A stretch of 64,000 nucleotides of DNA from Pirellulales bacterium (GTDB lineage Bacteria; Planctomycetota; Planctomycetia; Pirellulales; JAICIG01), in NCBI GenBank assembly GCA_040901675.1, contig JBBDYJ010000041.1:152734-216733 (forward strand). The letters are read 5' to 3'. How positions within the stretch are numbered: position 1 is the first letter of the stretch; the number at the start of each line of letters is the position of its first letter. Of the stretch, positions 33,075 to 44,335 are shown in pieces. The notes beneath the pieces are model-generated. The model saw nothing but the letters and a program-made list of their open reading frames with translations, made no database searches and had not been told where the DNA came from. Both the position numbers and the translations under genes were made by a program.

Positions 33075-33637
33075 ACCAGATCCTGGCCGCCGCGCTCGAG
33101 CTGCAAGAGTTTCTCCAGGAACGGAACTGGCGTTTTTGCATTATCGGCGGATTGGCGGTGGCACGATGGGGCCAGCCCAGGGCAACGCAGGACGTGGATT
33201 TGAGCTTGTTCGCGGGCCTGGGCAGCGAGGAGCAGTACGTCGACCCTCTCTTGGAGCGGTTTCGTGCACGCGTCACCAATGCCCGCGACTTCGCGCTGGC
33301 CAGCCGGGTAGTCCTGCTCGATGCGAGCAACGGCGTGCCTCTCGATATTGCCCTTGCGGCCTACGATTTCGAAGAGCGCGTCATTGCCCGCGCGTCGCCA
33401 TTCCAGTTTGCCGCGGGCTTGGAACTCGTCACGGCCTCCTTGGAAGACGTGCTGGTTTTGAAAGCATTTGCGGATCGGCCGCAGGACTGGGCGGACGTCG
33501 AAGGCATTGCCGTGCGGCAAGCTGGCTGCATCGATTGGGACTATGTCGAAACGGAGTTGGGCCCGCTCTGTGAGCTGAAGGAAACCCGTGAGCCGCTGGC
33601 GCGGCTCCAGGAGATTCAAGCACGGCTCGGCCACTGA
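33071..33637 (+). CDS. Nucleotidyltransferase (AbiEii/DUF6036-like)
   Basis: IIGGLAV...PRATQDVD...EDVLVLKAFADRPQDWADV. Confidence 0.8.
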   Translation: MNQILAAALELQEFLQERNWRFCIIGGLAVARWGQPRATQDVDLSLFAGLGSEEQYVDPLLERFRARVTNARDFALASRVVLLDASNGVPLDIALAAYDFEERVIARASPFQFAAGLELVTASLEDVLVLKAFADRPQDWADVEGIAVRQAGCIDWDYVETELGPLCELKETREPLARLQEIQARLGH

Positions 33638-33662
33638 GTCCAGGGCCGCCGAGGAAAGACCA

Positions 33663-33902
33663 ATGGGACTCTTGCAAAAGCTGATCATCTCGATTGTCCC
33701 CAGGCGCTGGGCCCAGGCCATGGAGGCGGAGTCCCGCGCCTGGCGGATGCGATGTCCCTGCGGCCACGAGGTATCGATCTGGGAAATCGGAGGCATTCGC
33801 TACAAGGCGGTTGGCAACCCCAGGCGCCTCTACCGCTGCCCCCACTGCGGCCTGACCTGGCACACCCTCTACAAGCGATCGGCGGAATCAGGCCCGTCAT
33901 GA
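33663..33902 (+). CDS. Small zinc-ribbon protein
   Basis: CPCG...CPHCG; GAGG ribosome-binding site. Confidence 0.65.
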   Translation: MGLLQKLIISIVPRRWAQAMEAESRAWRMRCPCGHEVSIWEIGGIRYKAVGNPRRLYRCPHCGLTWHTLYKRSAESGPS

Positions 33903-33913
33903 GGTCAACCGCG

Positions 33914-34267
33914 CTAAACCATAACGAGCAAGAACGCCAACGCGAGCATGGCGGCGCCAATCACCAGGCTCCGGGAAAGAAAGCTCGGGTGCGAAACAAA
34001 CAGGGCGCCCAGGGCGAGTGCCGCAACGGCCAGGACCGCCGCAACGATGTGCAGGACGTCGGCTGCGAGGACATGGTCACTTCGACGGGCCTCTCCTCGC
34101 GCGGCCGCCATCATCGCGCGTGATGCAAACGAGAGCGACGAAAGCTGGGCCAGAATGCTCGCACTTGAACAGATAATGCTCATCACGGGGCACCATCGAG
34201 GCAGACGAGCGCCCCAACTATTCCACGTCACGCCACCTGCAGGAGCCTTGTACGGATTGTTGTCCAC
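33914..34267 (-). CDS. Small membrane protein
   Basis: N-terminal NPYKAP motif; three hydrophobic segments. Confidence 0.55.
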   Translation of the reverse strand: MDNNPYKAPAGGVTWNSWGARLPRWCPVMSIICSSASILAQLSSLSFASRAMMAAARGEARRSDHVLAADVLHIVAAVLAVAALALGALFVSHPSFLSRSLVIGAAMLALAFLLVMV

Positions 34268-34338
34268 GCCCCCAGAGTAGCATTCTCCGGCCACCTGGGC
34301 CAACTTGGCCGCGCCGCTGGACTCTTGCCCGAAGCCGC

Positions 34339-35358
34339 TTACTTCTCGATCCTCAGCAGCCGGCCGTTGAGGCTGTCGGCGATCCATAGCGCGCCGTCAG
34401 GACCGACCGCCACCCCGTGCGGCTCTTTCAGCGCCGTCGCCCCGGCCGAGCTGCCGGCGGGCCCCTCCCCCTTCTGCCCGGTGCCGGCCACCGTCGTCAA
34501 CGTCTCCGCCCGCGGCGAGTAGCGGCGGATGCAGTGGTTGTTCGAGTCGGCCACCAGCACGTCGCCCGACGGCTCGATCCACAAAAACTTCGACCCGTTC
34601 AACGTGCATTTCAGCGCTGGGCCGTCGGAGGCCGGACCGGCCTGGCCCGTGCCGGCCACCGTGCGGATGCGGCCCTGCCCGTCGACCACTCGCAAGGCGT
34701 TCCCGCTGCGCTCCAGGATCCAGATGCGGCCTTGAGCGTCTCTCGCCACGGCCCGCGGATCGACCAGCGGCGACTCGGCCGCCAGCGCCCCGTCGTCGGG
34801 CACGCCCTGCTTTCCGTTCCCCGCCACGGTGCGGATCACCCCATCAGCCACGGCGCGAATGCGGCGGTTGCCCAGGTCCGCCAGCAAGAAGCCGTCGGGG
34901 GCGGCAACCACGTGGTACGCCTGGTTGATACGGGCATCGCGCGCGGGCCCGCCATCGCCCGCGAATCCTTCCCGCGGCCCACCGGCCTCCGTGGTCACCT
35001 GCCTCGTCCGGCCATCGATTCGCCTCACCGCGTGGTTCGACGTGTCCGACACCAACAGATCGCCGTCGGCCAGCACCACCACGTTGTGCGGCTGGTTGAA
35101 GCGGGCCTTGTCGCCCGGCCCATCGCGATAGCCCTGTTGACCGTCGCCTGCCAGGACCTCGACGGCTCCGCCGGTGGTGACCCGGCAGATCCGGTGCCCG
35201 CCGAAATCGGCCACCACCAGCGAGCCGTCGGGCAGGAAATCGAGTCCGAACGGAATTGTCAGCGTCGGGTGGTCGTCCACCACCACGACCACTTGCTCAT
35301 CCGCCCCGGCCGGTCCCGCCAGCAGCATCGCCACCACCACGAGCCATGCGTAACGCAT
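34339..35358 (-). CDS. Secreted NHL-repeat protein
   Basis: Repeated VAGxG..GDGGPA, P.GVAV..DG.L.IADS.N. Confidence 0.9.
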   Translation of the reverse strand: MRYAWLVVVAMLLAGPAGADEQVVVVVDDHPTLTIPFGLDFLPDGSLVVADFGGHRICRVTTGGAVEVLAGDGQQGYRDGPGDKARFNQPHNVVVLADGDLLVSDTSNHAVRRIDGRTRQVTTEAGGPREGFAGDGGPARDARINQAYHVVAAPDGFLLADLGNRRIRAVADGVIRTVAGNGKQGVPDDGALAAESPLVDPRAVARDAQGRIWILERSGNALRVVDGQGRIRTVAGTGQAGPASDGPALKCTLNGSKFLWIEPSGDVLVADSNNHCIRRYSPRAETLTTVAGTGQKGEGPAGSSAGATALKEPHGVAVGPDGALWIADSLNGRLLRIEK

Positions 35359-35765
35359 ATCAAATCCTTTCATTTGCAGGTATTTGCCTGGCGCCAGCTT
35401 AGCTGGTGGGAGTGCGGCGGCAAAGTGTTAGAATGCATGCAGTTCCCAGGGCCCTGTGACGATAGGTTCGATTATGCAGCAAGGCGATTTGCCGGACACA
35501 GGCACCGACGATCCATGCCGAGCCGTCCATAGTTTGCCCCAGTTCGATCATCCTCCGGTAAGCGAAGTGGCAAAGGGCCTATTGGCTCCCGCCTATAGCC
35601 GGCCACGCATCTTCTCGGAAAGAGTGTCTCTCCCGCTCGGACAGCTCCGGCGTTGGAAGCCACGAATCGTCCTCGACCGACGTTCGAGCGAGGGCGAAGA
35701 TGGCTGAAGAATGGTATGAGTGCTTCTCCGCTGGCAAGCCTTTCCGCGACCGTCTGGCGTATCCC

Positions 35766-37355
35766 ATGCCGCACGTTCTGGCCGCCTTGCTTCTGGCACT
35801 CGCTGCCGTCCAGGCCGCCGCCGATGAACCCGCACGGCAGTCCCCCACGTCGGCTCCGAACATCATCCTCATCATGGCCGACGACATGGGATTCTCGGAC
35901 CTGGGCTGCTACGGCTCCCGGATCGCCACGCCCAATCTGGACGGCCTGGCCGCCGCAGGGCTCCGCTTCACCCAGTTCTACAACACGGGCCGCTGCTGCC
36001 CCACCCGCGCGGCCTTGCTCACCGGACTCTACTCCCACCAGGCCGGCGTCGGGCACATGGTCGCAAACCGCGGCACGCCGGCCTACCAGGGCTATCTCAA
36101 CGATCGCTCGGTCACGATTGCCGAGGTGCTGCGGTCGGCCGGCTATCGCACGTACCTGGCCGGCAAATGGCACGTCGGTGAGAATCGGCCGCATTGGCCC
36201 GTCGACCGCGGCTTCGAGCGGTCGTATGCCTTGGTCAGCGGCGGCACCAATTACTTCCGGCTCGATCCGGGCCGCACGCTGGCCCGCGACGACCAGCTCA
36301 TCCAACCCGAAGACGACTGGTATGTCACCGATGCGATCAGCGGCAACGCGGTGGAGTTCCTCAGCGAGCACCCGGTCGGCGAGCCGTTCTTCCTCTACGT
36401 CGGCTACACGGCGCCCCACTGGCCGTTGCACGCCTTGCCGGACGACATCGCCCGCTACCAGGGCAACTACCTCGATGGCTGGGACCTGCTGCGCATCCGG
36501 CGGCACCGGCGGATGATCGAGCTGGGCATTGTCGAGCCGGCCTGGCCGCTCACGCCGCGCGACAAGGCTGCTGCGGCCTGGGCCGATCTGGACGACGCGG
36601 CACAGCAGGCCTGGGACTTGAAGATGGCCGTCTACGCCGCCCAGATCGACCGCATGGATCAGGGCATCGGCCGTATTCTGTCGCAGCTCGACACGCTGGG
36701 CGCGAAGGATAACACGCTCGTGCTGTTCCTTTCCGACAACGGCGGCTGCGCCGAGCAGATCGACCGCGGCACGCCGGGCGTGCCGCCCGGCGGCAAGGAT
36801 TCGTTCCTGAGTTACGGCCTGCCCTGGGCCAACGCCAGCAATACGCCCTTCCGCCGCTACAAACACTGGGTGCACGAAGGCGGCATTGCCACCCCGCTTA
36901 TCGTTCGCTGGCCGGCGGTGGTCCGCGAGCCCGGCGACCTCACGCACCAGCCCGGCCACGTGATCGACGTCATGGCCACTTGCCTGGCGGCGGCCGGGGT
37001 CGAGTATCCGCAAACGTTCGAGGAGAGCGAGATCACGCCCCTGGAGGGCAAGAGCCTGCTGCCGATCTTCCGCGGCGAGACCCGCACCGGGCACGACTGC
37101 ATCTTCTGGGAGCACGAGGGCAACCGGGCCGTTCGCCGAGGCCAGTGGAAGCTCGTGGCTCGGCATCGCGGTCCCTGGGAGCTTTACGACCTGCAGGCCG
37201 ACCGCACCGAGTTGGTCGACCTTTCCTCTCAGCAGCCGCAGCTCGTCGAGCAGTTAGCTGGTCAATACGAGGCCTGGGCCGAGCGTGTCGGCGTCGTGCC
37301 GTGGGGCCGTAGACGGCCGGCGCCCGAGATCCCTACGCCACCCCGTGGGTCTTGA
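35766..37355 (+). CDS. Arylsulfatase
   Basis: [31 protein letters not shown]. Confidence 0.95.
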   Translation: MPHVLAALLLALAAVQAAADEPARQSPTSAPNIILIMADDMGFSDLGCYGSRIATPNLDGLAAAGLRFTQFYNTGRCCPTRAALLTGLYSHQAGVGHMVANRGTPAYQGYLNDRSVTIAEVLRSAGYRTYLAGKWHVGENRPHWPVDRGFERSYALVSGGTNYFRLDPGRTLARDDQLIQPEDDWYVTDAISGNAVEFLSEHPVGEPFFLYVGYTAPHWPLHALPDDIARYQGNYLDGWDLLRIRRHRRMIELGIVEPAWPLTPRDKAAAAWADLDDAAQQAWDLKMAVYAAQIDRMDQGIGRILSQLDTLGAKDNTLVLFLSDNGGCAEQIDRGTPGVPPGGKDSFLSYGLPWANASNTPFRRYKHWVHEGGIATPLIVRWPAVVREPGDLTHQPGHVIDVMATCLAAAGVEYPQTFEESEITPLEGKSLLPIFRGETRTGHDCIFWEHEGNRAVRRGQWKLVARHRGPWELYDLQADRTELVDLSSQQPQLVEQLAGQYEAWAERVGVVPWGRRRPAPEIPTPPRGS

Positions 37356-38193
37356 ACCACTCCTGCAGCCGCTTCCAGCCGTCCTCGGCCGGCTCCTTGC
37401 GATAACTGGGCCGGTAGTCGGCGTGGAAACCGTGCGGCGCATCCGGGTACAGCACAATCTCCGACTTGCCCCCCGCCTCCTTCACCGCCGCCCGCATCTT
37501 CTCCACCGTTTCCTGGGGAATGCCCTGGTCCGCCCCGCCGTACAGGCCCAGCACCGGCGCCTTCAACTCGCCCGCCATGTCCAGCGGGTGCTCGGGGTGC
37601 AGTTCGTCCTCCATGCCGACCAACCGGCCATACCAGGCCACGCCGGCCTTCAGATCCGGATTGTGCGCCGCGTACAGCCAGACGATCCGCCCGCCCCAGC
37701 AGAACCCCGTCACGCCCAGCTTCGACGTGTCTCCTTTGTTCTTCTTGGCCCAGCTCACGGCCGCGTCGAGGTCTGACATCACCTGCTTGTCGGGCACCTT
37801 GGAGACCACCTTCGAGATGATCTCCTGGAAGTCGGTCATCTTCGACACGTCGCCCTGCCGCGCATACAGTTCCGGGGCCACGGCCAGGTAACCGAGCTTG
37901 GCCAGCCGGCGGCAGATGTCCTTGATGTGCTCGTGTACGCCGAAGATCTCCTGCACGACCAGCACCACGGCAAACGACCGCCCCCGGGCCGGCATTGCGC
38001 GATAGGCCGGGATCTCCCCGTCCGGCACCGGAATCTTCACCTCGCCCGCTTCCAATCCCTCGGCATCTGTCTCGATCGTATCGGCCGTCACCGGTTGCAC
38101 GGCCAGCGCGAACCCCGAAGCCAACGTCGTGACCACGAACCCCCGGCGGCTCAGCTCGATCTTCGGCAGCAAACTAAGTAGGTCTTCGTGCAT
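37333..38193 (-). CDS. Dienelactone hydrolase family protein
   Basis: [32 protein letters not shown] Tat-like motif. Confidence 0.93.
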   Translation of the reverse strand: MHEDLLSLLPKIELSRRGFVVTTLASGFALAVQPVTADTIETDAEGLEAGEVKIPVPDGEIPAYRAMPARGRSFAVVLVVQEIFGVHEHIKDICRRLAKLGYLAVAPELYARQGDVSKMTDFQEIISKVVSKVPDKQVMSDLDAAVSWAKKNKGDTSKLGVTGFCWGGRIVWLYAAHNPDLKAGVAWYGRLVGMEDELHPEHPLDMAGELKAPVLGLYGGADQGIPQETVEKMRAAVKEAGGKSEIVLYPDAPHGFHADYRPSYRKEPAEDGWKRLQEWFKTHGVA

Positions 38194-38436
38194 CGTCGAA
38201 TCTCCTCTTGGGCAGTTGTTTCCAGCATCAAGTCTCGGTTTCCGGACTGCCATGATAGCTTGGTTTGCGTGTCGGCGACAATGGACGGCGTGCCATCGTG
38301 CAACCGATGGAAATGCCCCCTCCGCCGCGGACCCTCGCACCGACCCCTGCCGTTGACGGTTCGCCGGACCCGGTGGAGAATCGGTTGCGGACTGCCTCTC
38401 CGTTGGGGCCGCAAGGCAGCCGGAGGTCAAAAATCC

Positions 38437-39129
38437 ATGAGCGCGAGCCCGCCGTCCGGCAGATGGCAGTTCAGTCTGCGCTCGCTCATGCTGATCACGC
38501 TCTGGGTCGCCGGCGGATTAGGCGTGACGCGGGCAGTGCCTTGGCTGGGCATTCTGTTTGTGGCCGCGACATTGCCGGCGGTCGGAAGGACCTGCAAGTT
38601 CGTCGCCCAGAGCAATGCGCGCGGTCGCCCCGTCGACACTCCGCTGCTTGCGGGCATGTTTCTCCGTTCGCTCGGAATCGTCGTCACGATGACAACCACC
38701 TCCCTGCTCGTGGTCCTCGGCGCTGCGGCTGCCGCGGCCCTCCTGGCCCTCGTGGCCGCCACGTCGCTGTGTCGACTCGCGGCTCCCTGGCTTGCTCGTC
38801 CTTACGCTCTGGCGGCCGCGTCGCTGCGGCGGGTTGTACGTAGTACCGCCTCGCTGGTAGCGATCACCTGCCACTGGCTCCGCCGATTCCGGACCAGGAT
38901 CCTGGGCTGGCCCCGGATCATCGCGGCCTCCCTCGGTGTGCTCATCGGCGGCTGCTGCACCCTGGGCCTGCTGGCGCTCATGGCCCTTATCTCGGCCGTG
39001 CAATTCGTAACGGATCGGTTCGCCCGTCTCCGTGGAGCGTCCCGCCGCTTGTTGGGTCAGGCGATGCTCGGGACGGCTCACCTCGTTGCCGTCGACCGCC
39101 AACTGCTGCGGCAGTTCCGCGCGCCATAA
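38437..39129 (+). CDS. Hypothetical membrane protein
   Basis: [14 protein letters not shown]-terminus; several hydrophobic segments. Confidence 0.55.
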   Translation: MSASPPSGRWQFSLRSLMLITLWVAGGLGVTRAVPWLGILFVAATLPAVGRTCKFVAQSNARGRPVDTPLLAGMFLRSLGIVVTMTTTSLLVVLGAAAAAALLALVAATSLCRLAAPWLARPYALAAASLRRVVRSTASLVAITCHWLRRFRTRILGWPRIIAASLGVLIGGCCTLGLLALMALISAVQFVTDRFARLRGASRRLLGQAMLGTAHLVAVDRQLLRQFRAP

Positions 39130-39132
39130 CGT

Positions 39133-40983
39133 TCACGGCTGTGGTTCCATCACGTCGTGGAGCCGGTTGATCCGGGGGACAGGAATCGTCTGCCGCACTC
39201 CGGACGGCCAGCGGATTTCTACCTGGTCCACTTCCTTAGCGTCGCCCAGCCCGAAGTGCACGGTCTTGGACGACTGCGACAGGTACCCGCCGGCGCTGTG
39301 CACTTGCCGCACCATGATCCGATCGCCCACGTGTATCTTGACGACGGCGCCGATGGCATCCCGGTTGCTCCGTGTTCCCCTCAGGCGGAAAGCCAGCCAG
39401 TTGCGCCGGGGAAACTGGTTCTTGAAATAGTACGGATGGTCGTTGAAGTTGTTGACCACCAGGTCCAGGCGGCCGTCGCCGTCGAAGTCGCCGGTCACCG
39501 CCGAGCGAGAGCTGCGCGGTGCCTGCTCGCCGCCGATGTCCTCCGGCAGAAACATGCCATGCCGAGGCGGTTCGACCCCCTCTCGGGCGGCTCGCTGGGC
39601 GAACGTTTCATCGCCGTTGTTCATCAATAGCGAATTGGGGTGATACCAGAATGGATAGCCCATCCCGCATGGCACGAAGATGTCCTCGAGTCCGTCGTTG
39701 TCGAAATCCCCCGTGGCCACGCCCCACGGCCAGAAATTCTCCAGGTTCGCGCGGTCGGAAACCTCCTCGAACCGGCCGCCCCCCAGGTTCTTGAACATCG
39801 TGTTGCCGAAAACCACCTCCTCGTACTGGATGTCCAGCAGCTCCGCCATCTCCGCCTCCAGGCCCAGGTTGCCCTGGCGGGCCTGGCCACCCGTGACATA
39901 CCGATACTTGTCCCCGGTTTGAACCATTCCGCGATCACCCCCGGTCATCCACATGTCCGAGTGCATATCGACGCAATATACGTCGAACCGGCCGTCGTTG
40001 TTGAAATCGAACGCCTTCGATCCGACCGCGCCGAAGCTCGTCCGCTTCAGCGTGTCGGCCGTGACATCGCGTAAGCGGCCGCCGCCGATATTCTCATAGA
40101 GCTGGCTGCGGCCGAACATGTTGGTGACGAACACGTCCAGGTCGCCGTCGTCGTAGTCGAATACCGCCACGTCGCCCCCCCACCCCTGGCCGCGCAAACC
40201 GGACGCCTCGGTCTCGTCGCGGAACGTGCCGTCCCCCTGGTTCCGGTAAAACCTGTTGTATTCCTTCGGCGAGGCGAACAGCGTCGTCAGGACCGAAGGT
40301 CCCACGAAGTAATCGCTCTCCTGATCGAAGGTCTCGGTGGTCCAACTGGCCGAGTTGGTGACCAGCAGATCGAGGTGGCCGTCGTTGTCGGCGTCGAAGA
40401 AGGCCGCCGTCTGCGAATGCGCCACCAGCACCAGGCTTGCCTGCTCAGTGACGTCCTTGAAGCGGCCGTTGCCTTGGTTTTCGAAGAGCACGTTGCCCGC
40501 GCGGGTGGTGGTGATGTAGAGGTCTTGATCGCCGTCGTTATCGTAGTCGGCGAAGGTGCCGCCCACCGAGATGCGGTCGGCCAGCCCCACGCCCGCCTCT
40601 TCGGTCACTTCCTCGAAGGTTCCGTCGCCTCGGTTGCGGTACAGCGCGTTGGGGCCAAGCTGGTTGAGGAACAACAGGTCGTCGTGCCCATCGCCGTTGT
40701 AGTCGCCCACCACGACGCCGCAGCCGTGGTCGTAGAGGTTAAACTTGAACTCCTCGCCCTGCTCACCGGGCAGGAAAGTCATTGTGAACGTCAGCCCGCT
40801 TTCCTGCGCAAGCTCGCGAAAGCCAGGGGGACGATCCTCCGGCCCGTCGGCGGCGACATCCGCGCCTGGTGCACCCGCCGGCTGCTCATCCGAGCCACGG
40901 GTTACCAGCATGAAAACCACTCCACCAAGCGTCGCCAGCAGCAGCAACGCGCCCACTGCGACGCGGCGTATGTTCAGCTTCAC
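39133..40983 (-). CDS. CRTAC1 / ASPIC-UnbV FG-GAP repeat protein
   Basis: Multiple DxDxDGxxD repeats; NRDAIGA...GGYLSQS...HFGLG...WPSG. Confidence 0.92.
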   Translation of the reverse strand: MKLNIRRVAVGALLLLATLGGVVFMLVTRGSDEQPAGAPGADVAADGPEDRPPGFRELAQESGLTFTMTFLPGEQGEEFKFNLYDHGCGVVVGDYNGDGHDDLLFLNQLGPNALYRNRGDGTFEEVTEEAGVGLADRISVGGTFADYDNDGDQDLYITTTRAGNVLFENQGNGRFKDVTEQASLVLVAHSQTAAFFDADNDGHLDLLVTNSASWTTETFDQESDYFVGPSVLTTLFASPKEYNRFYRNQGDGTFRDETEASGLRGQGWGGDVAVFDYDDGDLDVFVTNMFGRSQLYENIGGGRLRDVTADTLKRTSFGAVGSKAFDFNNDGRFDVYCVDMHSDMWMTGGDRGMVQTGDKYRYVTGGQARQGNLGLEAEMAELLDIQYEEVVFGNTMFKNLGGGRFEEVSDRANLENFWPWGVATGDFDNDGLEDIFVPCGMGYPFWYHPNSLLMNNGDETFAQRAAREGVEPPRHGMFLPEDIGGEQAPRSSRSAVTGDFDGDGRLDLVVNNFNDHPYYFKNQFPRRNWLAFRLRGTRSNRDAIGAVVKIHVGDRIMVRQVHSAGGYLSQSSKTVHFGLGDAKEVDQVEIRWPSGVRQTIPVPRINRLHDVMEPQP

Positions 40984-41063
40984 GGGATCACCTCATACCA
41001 GGCAGCGCGGCGCCGGACAGCAGCGATCGCTTCGCTCCGGATGCCAGGCTCTTGGACTCTCGT

Positions 41064-41117
41064 AGTACCGGAGGTGGGACTTGAACCCACACGCCCTTGC
41101 GGGCACTGGATTTTGAG
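41064..41117 (-). repeat. att site: copy of the 3' portion of tRNA-Leu
   Basis: 54 bp identical to 48482-48535. Confidence 0.92.
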
Positions 41118-41784
41118 CCCCGCGCGGGGTTCTTGTAAAGGGGCAACGAGCGAAGAGTCAGGCGAATCCTGCCTTGGCGGGGTGCCCACCATGGTGCCGG
41201 CCGGCCCGCCCCCGGGCCCCGCTTGCGGGCGAACTGGCCCTCCTCGTGGCCGCGCGGCGCCTACCCGAGGCCATCAAGGCCAGGATTCTGGCGATGCCCA
41301 CGTCACCCACGTTTGCGCCTGTCGCGGCCCTGCGTCGGCGGGGGGGCCGGTGTGGCCAACGGACGCCGAGTTGGCGGCCGTGCGGCGGACGGGCGGTCGG
41401 CAGGGAGGACGGGCGGACGATTGCGGGCGATACGCCCACCGCGGCTTCCACTGCCCCCGCCCCGCCGCCAGTGTCGAGCCGCACCGACTGGTACGCCCCC
41501 GGTTCAGAAGCTGTCGCGACTGGCCATCACGTCTTAAGTCACGATCGACTTCGGAGACGACCGCCGCCATCGCGTTACTGTGGAGGAACGAGCCGATGCA
41601 TACATCATCAGCGGCTTCGTGGCTCGTCTAAGCCAAGTCGCCCGTCTGCCAGCGGCCATTCGCTTGGTATTGCGCCGCTACACTGGCGCAAATACAAATA
41701 TTCTCAATTCGAGCTGTCGATTGGGCTCGCTGACCCAGAGGCTTATCGGCCGGCAGCGGAGGTTCCCCGGGGCGTTCTGACGCA

Positions 41785-43185
41785 CTAACGACTCAAGCCT
41801 TTGCCGGAGACCCGCTCCGCCTGAGCGAATCCGATTCCCCAGTTGGCTTCGATTTCCATTTGTCCACGAAAGTCCTCGGCGCCGAGCAAGACGGTCGAAT
41901 CCTCGGCAAGGCGGCCCGACTTGTCGACGTAGGCCTTGAGCAGGTATCGGCCTGGGGCCAGCGTGGCGCTCTCGGAGATGCGGCCTCCCAGGGCCGGCGT
42001 CGCCTCCGCGTCCGCGCCGTCCAGTAGGAACAGCACGCCAAAGACGATCCGTCGCGGGTTGACCAGCCCTTGCGTGAAGGCGATCGGCTCGGTCGACCAG
42101 GTTTGGTCGGCCTCATCCCACTGGTGGAAGAACAACTGCACGGGAGCAAGCACGGGCCAATCGGCAGGAACGTCTTGGAGAAAGACGGCGTGTTCGGTCG
42201 GAACCCAGTTGTCCGGCGGCAGGTCCGCGACTGAGGTGTACTCGTCGCCGACGACACGCGCATAATCCTGGATCCAGGCGGTGAACGCCTTGTACGAGAA
42301 GTCGTCCCGGTGCATCTTCAGCCCGCCCATGTGGGATACCGGCTCGGTGTACGAAGGCTCCTCAAACTCGCCTTTAGCGATCTGCTGGGGCAGCTTGGAG
42401 GTCGGCTTCAAGACGAGGAGGCTGTTGGCCGGCTCCTGCAGATTGATCAGAGGCAGCGAGCCGCCGGTGGCCTTGCGGCTCCGTTCGATCAGATACTCCA
42501 TTGTGACTTGGGGCGTTTCGCGAAAGATGTTCATCCGCTCGCCGTATTCTGCGGCGAATTCCTTGGCCTGATCGATTGCCCTCTTGTGCTTCGGATTGGC
42601 GTGGTCGATCTCGTGCGGTGTGTGGCAGGGAAAGCACCGCATCCGCTGCGACCAGACATTGCGGACGAAGGAATCCACGACGCGGCTCTTGCGGGCGTGC
42701 CGGATTACCTCGTCCGACCTCTCGGGTCCGACCTGCCGTGCGTCATCGTCGACCGGCAGTGCCCGCAGTTCCGGGTCGTTGCAGCAGGCCTTGATCCACG
42801 CCGCAAACGCCTCGTACTCCGCCTTTCGCGTCTTCTCGTGGATGAGCCTGGCTCCCTGATCGGCGTCCCGGTCGCCCATTTGAATGAGCTTGAGGATCTT
42901 CGAGTTCTCGGGGGCGTCCAGATCGATGAGGCCCTGCTCGCGGAGCGAGGCAAACGTCTTCTCATGCGACGGGAGGATGTAGTCCTTCACGTCGACCGCC
43001 GCCAGGTGGCACTGCACGCAGCTCGACGGCTCCGGTGACCTGAAGATCGGCATGATCCGCTGCTCGAACGCCTCCAGCGGCGACGTTGCGGCCGTATCGT
43101 CGTCTGCTGCTGCGAGCGGCCGTGCAAAAACGCAGACGGCGACGACGCAAAATGTGGCGGGCCGGCGGAACTCGTTCAGTAGCAT
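41785..43185 (-). CDS. Secreted c-type cytochrome-like protein with two CxxCH motifs
   Basis: Signal peptide; CVQCH and CFPCH. Confidence 0.75.
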   Translation of the reverse strand: MLLNEFRRPATFCVVAVCVFARPLAAADDDTAATSPLEAFEQRIMPIFRSPEPSSCVQCHLAAVDVKDYILPSHEKTFASLREQGLIDLDAPENSKILKLIQMGDRDADQGARLIHEKTRKAEYEAFAAWIKACCNDPELRALPVDDDARQVGPERSDEVIRHARKSRVVDSFVRNVWSQRMRCFPCHTPHEIDHANPKHKRAIDQAKEFAAEYGERMNIFRETPQVTMEYLIERSRKATGGSLPLINLQEPANSLLVLKPTSKLPQQIAKGEFEEPSYTEPVSHMGGLKMHRDDFSYKAFTAWIQDYARVVGDEYTSVADLPPDNWVPTEHAVFLQDVPADWPVLAPVQLFFHQWDEADQTWSTEPIAFTQGLVNPRRIVFGVLFLLDGADAEATPALGGRISESATLAPGRYLLKAYVDKSGRLAEDSTVLLGAEDFRGQMEIEANWGIGFAQAERVSGKGLSR

Positions 43186-43792
43186 GGCAATTGTTCTCAC
43201 GGAAGCTTCGGGGTGAAGGGCGGATCGTACACGGTGGGGTACGTCACGATCCGCGTGAACACGCGCGCCCCAGCAGGTCCAGACCCACCTTCGGTATCGC
43301 CCGTCGTACGAACGCTGGATCTGGGATTGCCTCGAGTCTGGTCCAATTAGGAAGTCTTTTCCCGGTCATCGTCGTACTCCTGGTATTCGTGACGAACTGA
43401 CGCGAGCCTCACGGCGAGGGCCGCACAATCGGCGGCTGTGTCGGCCTAGCCGGACTGCCAACAACGGCCACCGCCCGGTATTAGAGCGGCTCAGGGTGGC
43501 ACGCTCAAGTATCGCCATTGATTTCCTCGCATGCGCTGCGGCGTACAGCGATCTGCCGCCTGCGCGTTAGGCTGCAAACTTGCAGCCTCAGGTGATCCAC
43601 TGGCCATTCTTAAAACCAAGTTCGGTTGGCCAGTCATCTGCGGTTTCATAGTGGGAGATCGATGAGAGACGAATACCCGCCCCCTTTTCCCCTAAACTGT
43701 ACCTAGAGTTCGCGGCCCTCCTGGCGCCACGATCCGCCGCCCCGGATGCCCGGGGCCGCGCTCCGCATCTCGGAGCCGCCAGCACACCCCTT

Positions 43793-43950
43793 GTGCCGGA
43801 GGTTCCCGTGCGCATCGAGATGCGGCCCATCGATTCCATCCGCCCCTATCCGGGCAACCCGCGGATCAACGACGACGCCGTGGCATCGGTCGCCGCCAGC
43901 GTCAAGGAGTTCGGGTTCCGCCAGCCCATCGTGGTCGACGTCGACGGCAT
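43793..43950 (+). pseudogene. ParB/Srx N-terminal fragment (phage DNA-methylase type)
   Basis: IDSIRPYPGNPRINDDAVASVAASVKEFGFRQPIVVD, after which similarity ends. Confidence 0.8.
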
Positions 43951-44104
43951 GACCTCGTGCATCGTTCGTCCTCCGTCGTTCGCGGCGTGCCCCACGACCA
44001 CACAGCTACCTCGATCCGCCGGAAGCATCAAGCGAATTGCGGCCGCATTCCTTTCGGTCGCCCTGTTTCGGCTAGCCTAAAACGAGCCCCCCGCCACGTC
44101 GCCC

Positions 44105-44335
44105 CACGTTTGGCCCGTGTGGCGGCCGGCGGGAACGTTGGCCAATGGGGGCCAACCAACGGGGACGTGGCCACGTGCGGGCGTCGTGGGCAACGTCGGG
44201 GCCGACCGGCGACCTACGGGCGCGAGGACGCCGGCAGGCGACCATGCTGCCTACCTGGGGCTGCGGAAAGCAAGCGAGTACAGACGGAGAGCGAGGCGGA
44301 CCACAAGCCAGCCGGCCGCGTAGATGGTGCAGGCG
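44105..44335. repeat. Imperfect ~230-bp direct repeat, copy 1 (gene 3' end plus GC-rich tail)
   Basis: Aligns with ~44830-45070; related tails at ~48070-48160 and ~41308-41330. Confidence 0.75.

Noticed and set aside
26390..34330. Integron cassette array
   Set aside because: No integrase, mixed gene orientation and no convincing attC sites
35456..35707. TIGR04255-like gene (LPQFDHPPVSEV)
   Set aside because: Only about 12 residues resemble it; too short to call
41064..41126. Second tRNA-Leu gene
   Set aside because: Lacks the 5' acceptor strand and D-arm; it is the att duplicate
43200..43690. Gene in the island gap (…HYETADDWPTELGFKNGQWIT*)
   Set aside because: Looks like a short 3' fragment without a start; family not recognisable
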